Source: an uncultured Verrucomicrobiae bacterium
Lineage (GTDB): Bacteria; Verrucomicrobiota; Verrucomicrobiia; Chthoniobacterales; Chthoniobacteraceae
Reading direction: 5' to 3'
DNA: 64,000 nucleotides
NCBI GenBank assembly: GCA_963836755.1
Contig: CAWIKF010000001.1
Location: 192,001-256,000 of the forward strand
This document shows positions 30,117-37,449 of this stretch, one piece after another. The notes below the pieces were generated by a model. That model saw only the letters and a list, made by a program, of their open reading frames with translations, ran no database searches and was not told the DNA's origin. The position numbers and the translations under genes are program-made. Each line of letters begins with the position of its first letter. Within the stretch, counting starts at the first letter, position 1.

Positions 30117-33100
30117 ATGAAATACAAGCAGTCCTTTGCTCTGAAGCTCCGCAGCCACTTTGCAGCCATCCTCGCCGCCGGCGCCGCGGTCAGCGTGTCC
30201 GACCACTCGGCGCACGCACTTAATACCGAGAATGACTACCTCAATGCCTCCACCTCGCTGAACACCCCTGCAAACTGGAGCCTCGGACATGTGCCAACCA
30301 GTTCGGAGGATGCGACCTTTGGCCTCAACTCGATTTCCAACGCCACGATCACGGGGGCCGATCTCATTTGGGGTTCTTTGGATCTCACCGCCAATAAGAC
30401 GATTTCCATCATCAACAACAGTTCCACTACGGATAGCAGCCTTACCCTGAGCGGCGGAACGGGCGACAGCGTGCTCGGGGCGAACGCCAACGATCTCATT
30501 TACGTCGCCAGCGGTGGAACCATCTCCATCAGCAATGGCGGCACGAAAGCTCTCAATCTTATCTTAGGTAAAAGCGGCAATTTCGAAGCTGTCGGAACGT
30601 TGACAATAAATTCCGTCATCTCGGATGGAGGCAATGCCTACGGCATCACGAAGACCGGCGCTGGCACGCTGACGCTTGGCGGTGCCGACACCTACACTGG
30701 CACGACCGCGATCAACAGCGGCACGGTGACAATAAGCAACACCGGCAGTCTGGCCAGCGGGAACAATGTGACCTTCGCCGGCACAGGTGCCTTTGGTGTG
30801 ACAGGAAAAACCGGTGGCAGCACGCAGACGCTCGGCACGCTGCTCAGCAGCGCAGGTGATAACACGGTGACTTCCACCTTCGGCACCGTGGGCACAACGC
30901 TGGCCATCGGCACCTATACGCGCTCGGCAGGGGCAACGACGAATTTTGTCGTCACCAACGGCGCCAACGGTTCGACCAACAAAATCACCTTGGGTAACGT
31001 CACACCGAACACGTTCATCAGTCCGGGCACGTTCTTTGGCGGCAGTTCTTACGCCTTCTACGACACTGGTGGCTTCGTGCGCGCTCTGGACTATACGAAT
31101 GACGCCGCGGCAGCGAATGCCACCACGCAGACGGGAGTCGCCACGGCTTTGACGACAACTGGAACGCCCGCGACGCAGAATGCGCAGTATGTGGGATCGA
31201 CGGGGACGGCTTCCACGGCCGCGAGCTCGACCACTGCCAGCACCACCCTTCCCGTCGCCGCGGGGACGGGGGTGAATTTCGCGCCCGGCGAGGCCATCAC
31301 CGGCACCGGAATCGCGAACAATACCTACGTCACGGCCGTCACCGGCGACACCCTCACCCTTTCGGCGAACGCGACGGTTGCGTCGGGCGCGACTGTAACG
31401 CCCTACAATGAAATCTCGGCCCAGCCGACACAGACGGTCAACACGCTCAACCTTTCGGGTGCTGGTGCCTCGGTGGCGCTGGCCTCCGGTGCGACGTTCA
31501 CCACGAACGGCATCCTGCGTTCGGGTGAAGGAGCGACGGGCGCGATCTCGACGATCACTGGCGGCACGTCGGTCACGGCGGGCGGCAGCACGGACTTCGT
31601 CATCGCCACGCCCGTTTCGACGGACATTTTGACAATCACCACCGCCGTGAATACAAACGGCGTCCTGCTGATGAAATCAGGCTTGGGGACGTTGAATCTT
31701 AACGGAGTGGTCAGCGGCAACGGCGGCGTAGTTCTCAATAGTGGAACTTTGAACCTAAGTGGCAGTAACACCTACTCCGGCGGCACCTTACTATACGGCG
31801 GAAGTTTGGGACAGATCGGCAACGCCACAGCCTTCGGAATTGGCCCTATTACGATCGGTGCACCCAATAGCGGAAACAACATCAGCTTTGCTATCGGCGG
31901 AAGCAACACCTACGCGAATGCCATTACGGTAAACGCGGGCGGGCAGCGCTATGTCTACACTGCCGGCAGTCCAACGTTCACATTCAGTGGGCCAATCACC
32001 TTGGTGGGCGGAGCGAACTTCTCGGTAGGCAGCGGCGGCGGCGGCAATACGGAAACCATCTCGGGGGGTATCACCGGCACCGGTAACTTCATCTCCGGAA
32101 GTCCGGCCGGCAACAGCAGAACGTCCAAAGTGACGCTATCGGGCGCTGCCATTAACATGACTGGCTACCTCGCCAATAACACGGCCGCGACCCTCGCCAA
32201 TGGCGGGTTTGGCTATGGATCAGACAGCGCTGCGGGCAGCAATACCACAGTGAGTGCGCAGATCGGCGCCAACGTGACCGCGTTGTATCAAAACTCGGCC
32301 ACCAATACGTTCATCCTCACCGGAGCGAGCAATCCGTTCTTCGGGGACACCATCGTTTCCGCAGGCACTTTGAACCTTCGTAACTCGACCACCTTGCAGA
32401 ACAGCGTGGTGAACTTCACCGGCGGTGCGGCGACCTTCGGCACGAGCACCACCGTGGGCCTTTCGTCCGTCACGCTCGGCGGCCTCGCAGGCTCCGGCAA
32501 CGTGAACCTAAACAACACGGTCACCGCTACGCCGGGAGCCGTGGCCTTGACCATCGGCAACAGCAATGCCAGCAACGGCAGCACTGCCAATCCGAACACG
32601 TTGAATCCGGTTTATTCCGGCATTCTCTCCGATGGCACCGCCACCGGAGCCAGTGTGACAAAGACCGGCACGAACACGCAGGAATTCTCCGGCGCGAACA
32701 CCTACACCGGCGGCACGACGATCAACCAAGGCAAGCTGCGAGTGACTAACACCACCGGCTCAGCCACCGGCACAGGCGACGTGGGCGTGACCGGGAGCGC
32801 CACGACCTTGAGCGGGACCGGTTTTGTCACCGGCAATGTCAATGTCAGCGCCAGCGGGCGGCTCGCACCCGGCACCAATACCACCGGCGCCAACAGCAAC
32901 TTCGGAGCGCCAAACCTTTTGACCCTCGCCTCGGGCAGCGGGACGACTCTTTCGCTCAATGGCGCCAACGCGGACTTCGATCTAAGCAGCACGGCGGGTG
33001 GGTCCAATGACAAGATTGCCACCAATGCGCTGAGCCTCACCGGCACGAATACCTTCACCTTCAACGAGCTCAATGGCACACTCGACACCACGAACACCTA

Positions 33101-33341
33101 CACCTTGGTAAATGGCAGCAACCCCGTGACCGGCTTCAACCCCGCGAGCTTCACCACCAATTTCATCAATACCAACGGCAGCGCGACCCTCTACACCCCG
33201 ACCTATTCGACGGACGGTAACAACCTGCTGGTCAGCTTTGCCGTCGTCCCCGAAGCCAGCACATGGGCGATGATGCTCGGCGGGTTTGGCACACTCATCG
33301 TTTTCCAGCGGATGCGCAGTCGCAAATTGGTGCGGGCGTAA
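30117..33341 (+). CDS. Surface protein A: autotransporter-associated beta-strand (PATR) repeats with PEP-CTERM-like tail
   Basis: Signal peptide MKYKQSFALKLR..AHA; KTGAGTLTLGGADTYTG repeats; tail VPEASTWAMMLGGFGTLIVFQRMRSRK. Confidence 0.9.
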   Translation: MKYKQSFALKLRSHFAAILAAGAAVSVSDHSAHALNTENDYLNASTSLNTPANWSLGHVPTSSEDATFGLNSISNATITGADLIWGSLDLTANKTISIINNSSTTDSSLTLSGGTGDSVLGANANDLIYVASGGTISISNGGTKALNLILGKSGNFEAVGTLTINSVISDGGNAYGITKTGAGTLTLGGADTYTGTTAINSGTVTISNTGSLASGNNVTFAGTGAFGVTGKTGGSTQTLGTLLSSAGDNTVTSTFGTVGTTLAIGTYTRSAGATTNFVVTNGANGSTNKITLGNVTPNTFISPGTFFGGSSYAFYDTGGFVRALDYTNDAAAANATTQTGVATALTTTGTPATQNAQYVGSTGTASTAASSTTASTTLPVAAGTGVNFAPGEAITGTGIANNTYVTAVTGDTLTLSANATVASGATVTPYNEISAQPTQTVNTLNLSGAGASVALASGATFTTNGILRSGEGATGAISTITGGTSVTAGGSTDFVIATPVSTDILTITTAVNTNGVLLMKSGLGTLNLNGVVSGNGGVVLNSGTLNLSGSNTYSGGTLLYGGSLGQIGNATAFGIGPITIGAPNSGNNISFAIGGSNTYANAITVNAGGQRYVYTAGSPTFTFSGPITLVGGANFSVGSGGGGNTETISGGITGTGNFISGSPAGNSRTSKVTLSGAAINMTGYLANNTAATLANGGFGYGSDSAAGSNTTVSAQIGANVTALYQNSATNTFILTGASNPFFGDTIVSAGTLNLRNSTTLQNSVVNFTGGAATFGTSTTVGLSSVTLGGLAGSGNVNLNNTVTATPGAVALTIGNSNASNGSTANPNTLNPVYSGILSDGTATGASVTKTGTNTQEFSGANTYTGGTTINQGKLRVTNTTGSATGTGDVGVTGSATTLSGTGFVTGNVNVSASGRLAPGTNTTGANSNFGAPNLLTLASGSGTTLSLNGANADFDLSSTAGGSNDKIATNALSLTGTNTFTFNELNGTLDTTNTYTLVNGSNPVTGFNPASFTTNFINTNGSATLYTPTYSTDGNNLLVSFAVVPEASTWAMMLGGFGTLIVFQRMRSRKLVRA

Positions 33342-33361
33342 ACGATTCCAAGCGAAACTCT

Positions 33362-33402
33362 AAAGCCGCCGCGTCATTTGCTTGGCGCAGCGGCTTTTTT
33401 TT
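33362..33402 (+). terminator. Intrinsic terminator after gene A
   Basis: AAAGCCGC...GCGGCTTT hairpin plus T-run. Confidence 0.8.
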
Positions 33403-33649
33403 CTGTGAGCAAAGGAGCCCTTTTCAAGCAGATGGGCGCGAGGAGGCACTTTGCGGACTTACCGCTCTTAACTCTCGCAAACTATCACATCCTAAGACCT
33501 GAAATAGCACACGAAAAAACATGCGATGGCCATCTTTGCCACTATTTTCCATACAGCCGAATGGCCGCCTTTGTCCGCCACAAACCTGTTTTCACTTCTC
33601 CTCAGACACAAAACAAAATCCCGTGAAAAAAACAAGTTCAGTTCGCCCC

Positions 33650-35479
33650 ATGAAAACCACCCGTCGCCGCACCTCCTTCATCCTTGCCGGTTCCATCAGC
33701 GCGTTGCTCTCCGTCCACTCCGCGCAGGCGATCATGGTAAGCAACACCGAGGATGATGTGCTCAATGGCAGCACCGATCTCACTGACCCCGCCTCCTACA
33801 ACAATGGGGCTCCCGGCACCACAAGCGACGTCACTTTTACGGCGCAGTCATACAGCCCCGCAACCTTTACCGTTCCTACAAACCTGAGCATCGGCACGCT
33901 GGATGATCTGGCCACCAACGCGCTGACCATCACTGGCGGCGGGAACTCCACCACCTTGACGCTCAATGGCGGCGCAAACTCCGTCGCCGGTGCCGATCCC
34001 GCCGATTTGATTTACGTTAAAACCTCCAACTTCACGATTGGCGCTGCTTCACCCACCATGGGTCTGGCCTTGGCCGCCTCCGGAAATTTCGACATCGCGG
34101 CTGGCACAACCACGATCAATTCGGTGATCTCCGACAGCGGCGGCGGATTCACCAAAACCGGCGCGGGCAAGCTAGTGCTTGCCAACAGCGGGAATACCTA
34201 CACAGGGCCGACCGCGATCACCGGCGGCGCGCTGAGCATCGCAGCTGAGGCCAACCTCGGGGCGGCCCCGGCATCATACGTGGCAAATCAACTGACGCTG
34301 GATGGGGGAACGCTTCAGCTTTCAGGAAACACGAGCACACAGAACTGGTCGGCGAATCGAGGCATCTATATCGGTGCGGGAGGTGGTGCCATTACTACTC
34401 CCGGCAACGATGTCCAGCATGTAAACTTCCAGGAAATCATTTCCGGCCCCGGCACGTTGACCTTGAGCCCGCGCGGAACCGGCACACGAGCGTTTATTTT
34501 GTCCGGTGCCAACACCTTCGGCGGGCTGATTATTGCGCAGAACGAGGTGGATGCAGCGAATAGCTCGGCCCTCGGTGCCGGATCGGTGCAGCTCGGCACG
34601 ACCAACAGTAATAACAATACTACGATTTATATTACTGCCAACGGTGCGAATATCACCAACAACATCACCGTCACGCCGGGTGGGACTCGCACCTTGGGAA
34701 TTAACTCAAGCGGCGGAACCAGCACATTCTCCGGCCCGATTTCTCTCACGGGAGGCACGGTCAATCCGACCCTTAATCTTGCTCAGCTGAACAACAACAG
34801 CACCCTCAACTTGACCGGCGGCATCACCGGCACGGGTAATGTCGCCTTTGCCGGCGGCATAGGCACGAGAAACAACGCAAATATAACGATCAGCGGTGCC
34901 GACGTGAACAACGTGGGCACCATCAGCAACCTCGACAGCGTCAGCTCGGGCACGAACACGATCAGCGCGAACATTGGCTCAAACGTCACAGGCATCATAC
35001 AAAATACCACCCACTCACCACTGGTCGTTTCAGGGGCGAACACTGCCTTCGCTGGCACAACCACGGTTACCCTTGGCACTCTTTCGACCAGTTCCGCGGG
35101 CACTCTCGGAAGTGGGAACGTGGCGGTCGCGGACACCGCTGGGGCGATCCTGACCTTGCAGAACACGGCTTCGATTGGCAGTTCGGCCATCCTCAGCTTC
35201 GGCACGAATTCAGCGATCAACATGAACTTTACCGGCGACGACACACTCGCCGGAATCACCGACACGACCACCTCGCAAATGCTCGCGCCCGGCACTTACA
35301 CGGCAGATCAACTCAATACCTTCTTCGGTGTCAGCTCCTTCGCGACCACCAATGGCGACCCAACGACCGCCACGTTCAGCGTCGTTCCCGAGGCGAACAC
35401 GTGGGCGCTGATGCTTGGCGGGTTTGGCACGCTGGTAGTTTTCCAGCGGATACGCCGCCGGAGCTCGCAGCGGGTGTAG
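33650..35479 (+). CDS. Surface protein B: PATR repeats with PEP-CTERM-like tail
   Basis: Signal peptide MKTTRRR..AQA; TKTGAGKLVL..NTYTG; tail VPEANTWALMLGGFGTLVVFQRIRRR. Confidence 0.88.
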   Translation: MKTTRRRTSFILAGSISALLSVHSAQAIMVSNTEDDVLNGSTDLTDPASYNNGAPGTTSDVTFTAQSYSPATFTVPTNLSIGTLDDLATNALTITGGGNSTTLTLNGGANSVAGADPADLIYVKTSNFTIGAASPTMGLALAASGNFDIAAGTTTINSVISDSGGGFTKTGAGKLVLANSGNTYTGPTAITGGALSIAAEANLGAAPASYVANQLTLDGGTLQLSGNTSTQNWSANRGIYIGAGGGAITTPGNDVQHVNFQEIISGPGTLTLSPRGTGTRAFILSGANTFGGLIIAQNEVDAANSSALGAGSVQLGTTNSNNNTTIYITANGANITNNITVTPGGTRTLGINSSGGTSTFSGPISLTGGTVNPTLNLAQLNNNSTLNLTGGITGTGNVAFAGGIGTRNNANITISGADVNNVGTISNLDSVSSGTNTISANIGSNVTGIIQNTTHSPLVVSGANTAFAGTTTVTLGTLSTSSAGTLGSGNVAVADTAGAILTLQNTASIGSSAILSFGTNSAINMNFTGDDTLAGITDTTTSQMLAPGTYTADQLNTFFGVSSFATTNGDPTTATFSVVPEANTWALMLGGFGTLVVFQRIRRRSSQRV

Positions 35480-35601
35480 CGCAGCGCGGGAAAAACTCCC
35501 GCAACTGCGTCACACCATATCGCGCCGATCGTCTTTTCATGCGCGGGAAATCAAATTCACCGCGCCACCGCATTTCTGCCAAGCCTCGCGCGCGACGATG
35601 C

Positions 35602-35646
35602 GCCTTCCAACGCGCCCGCCGCCGGCGGCCCGCCCGCGTGAGCTAA
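35602..35646 (+). pseudogene. Relic 3' tail of a deleted fifth PEP-CTERM-like paralogue
   Basis: Reads AFQRARRRRPARVS*, compared with WQRGRRRKSVRLS* in C and D; followed by the same terminator stem. Confidence 0.65.
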
Positions 35647-35666
35647 GCGAAAGACACGATCAAAAC

Positions 35667-35699
35667 AAAAAGCGCCGCAGGAGACTGCGGCGCTTTTTT
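35667..35699. terminator. Bidirectional intrinsic terminator
   Basis: AAAAAGCGCCGCAG-GAGA-CTGCGGCGCTTTTTT between convergent genes. Confidence 0.85.
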
Positions 35700-35790
35700 A
35701 GTTCTTAGTAAGATGTCAGAAGTGCCCGCTCTGCATTTCGAGCACTGCTCACGCATCCGCGCGCACCAATTCCTAAATCCTAAAATCTCC

Positions 35791-36495
35791 TCACCCTCTC
35801 ACCAGCACCGTCTGAATCGCACTCTCCACCCCCACGGCCGAATCCTTCAGATACGCCTGCCCCTGGATCTCCCACTCCTCCGGTTGGCCCGGCGTCGCGA
35901 TCGGGATGTGTAGCATCGCCGGCGTCGCCATGAAGCGGCCGAGATCACTCCACGTGCTCGTGCCCGCTTTGCGTCCTTGGAAATTCATCGCTGTGATCTG
36001 GCCATTCGCCTTGCGGAACTTCGCGCTGACCGTCGCCGTCGCCGTGCAAGTCACGCCAGTGATCACCGCCACGTAGCTGGTGGGATTAAAACTGCCGGCC
36101 GTCGCTTCCGTCCGCAGCGTATTTCCCTGCACGGCGGGATTGTAGCTCGTCGAGCTTTTCACTGCCTGCACCCATTTTTCGCGACGCGCCTCGATTCCCG
36201 CCAGCACTGCTGCGGGCGCAACCGGCATCGCGGGCACCGGTGGAACGACGGGTGCGGGTTGGTCAATCGCCCCGTCCAGGTAGGAGTGGATGTAGCCTGT
36301 GATGGAGGTCACGAAGCCTTCGTAGACATTCGGCAGCGTCCGGTAGAGATAGACCGCCATGGCCGCATCGGCGAGAATGGAGGTGAGTTGTGTGGCGGAA
36401 ACGCCGCAGGCCGTGAGCGTCGGTCCCTGGGTGGCGATGTTGGCCCACCAATCGGCGCGGCCTTCGTTGTTTGGGGAATAGTAACCTTGTGACAT
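35791..36495 (-). CDS. Uncharacterised 234-aa protein: helical N-domain, Pro-rich linker, probable FN3/Ig-like C-domain
   Basis: MSQGYYSPNNEGRADWWANI start after an A-rich leader; protein-like composition; beta-strand-rich C-terminus (W.DLG..ATP..PGQPEEWE...VGVES); no signal peptide. Confidence 0.75.
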   Translation of the reverse strand: MSQGYYSPNNEGRADWWANIATQGPTLTACGVSATQLTSILADAAMAVYLYRTLPNVYEGFVTSITGYIHSYLDGAIDQPAPVVPPVPAMPVAPAAVLAGIEARREKWVQAVKSSTSYNPAVQGNTLRTEATAGSFNPTSYVAVITGVTCTATATVSAKFRKANGQITAMNFQGRKAGTSTWSDLGRFMATPAMLHIPIATPGQPEEWEIQGQAYLKDSAVGVESAIQTVLVRG

Positions 36496-36579
36496 AGTTT
36501 TTTGTTCTTTCGTTTCTGTTGGGTTTTGCCACCCCGTCATGGGGCGGCTTTGGGCGGATTCTTACCTCCGCCGCCGCGA

Positions 36580-36610
36580 TGTCGAAACCTTTAGTGTTAA
36601 GATTTCGACA
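36580..36610. promoter_or_regulatory. Operator-like imperfect palindrome
   Basis: TGTCGAAACCTTTA-gtg-TTAAGATTTCGACA, 12 of 14 arm positions complementary. Confidence 0.5.
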
Positions 36611-36705
36611 CATTGGATTCGAACGGCTACAAAATCGTTCCAGCCGCCCACCGCATCCCGTGCCATCGCCGCTGGCAGCGAAACAGCCGGCGCACGGCAT
36701 CGATC

Positions 36706-36961
36706 GGTGACCACCAGACGGCGAATGGTCGCCACCCGACCGGAGATAGTGGCCACCTTTCTGGAATGGTGGGCACCGGACAGGAAATGGTGGCCACCAT
36801 CGCGGAATGGTGGGCACCTGCGAGCATTTGGTGGCCACTTTTTGCAAATGGTGGCCACCTGAGAGGTTTTGGTGGTCACCATTTTGGAAAGGTGACCACC
36901 GGGGACGAATTGGTGGCCACCTTTTAGAAATGGTGGCCACTATTTGGAAAAGGTGAGCACT
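36706..36961. repeat. Phased array of 13 palindromic GGTG-NN-CACC boxes, period 21/20 bp
   Basis: Box starts: 36706, 36727, 36748, 36768, 36789, 36809, 36830, 36850, 36871, 36891, 36912, 36932, 36952. Confidence 0.95.
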
Positions 36962-37350
36962 TTTCTCGAGCAATTCCAGCCTTTTACTCTGTTGAGCAGC
37001 ACGGGAGGAGGTTTCTCGGCCCCTTGGACCAGCCGATCTGAGTGCCAGGCGAGAAGAGGGGAGCGCACGCAAGCATCCGTTTACGCCGCGCATCGTCATG
37101 GCGACGATTGTCACACGTCCGTGCGCACTCGCCTGTGCTCGCCGAGCAGTCCCATCCCAAATTGCTGAGAATGCATATAAAAAGTCACAAAATAGAATTG
37201 GACGCCATTCGCAGCCGGATTATTTTCCCCGCGCTCGATCCCCTTTGTGCTGCTTTTCCCCGAACCTTTATCCCACACGAACCCGCGTAAACAGAGGCAT
37301 CGCGGTCATTTTTCAAGTGCCGGAGCCACATTTCCCGCGGCTCCGAAAAA

Positions 37351-37405
37351 TTCTCACAAGAAAGTGAAAAAATTATTTGACGCCCGCTTTCCGCTCCGGT
37401 ATCTT
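37351..37405 (+). promoter_or_regulatory. Sigma-70 promoter of gene C with upstream TCAC-N6-GTGA site
   Basis: TTGACG(37377)-17 nt-TATCTT(37400); conserved in the paralogous copy before gene D. Confidence 0.7.
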
Positions 37406-37449
37406 CCATCCCAGCAGCTCCCATTCTCATTAAAAACCTCCCGTTTCAA

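Noticed and set aside
36706..36961. Canonical CRISPR array or TIGR-Tas array
   Set aside because: Spacers of 10-11 nt are far below CRISPR size and no cas gene is present. The unit is 41 nt with one palindromic box type, and no Nop-domain protein was recognised nearby.
36263..37114. 283-aa minus-strand ORF and other short ORFs across the array
   Set aside because: The box is read in rotating frames (VAT, WPP, GGH), as expected for a non-coding 20/21-bp repeat, and the ORF overlaps the better-supported 35791-36495 gene out of frame.
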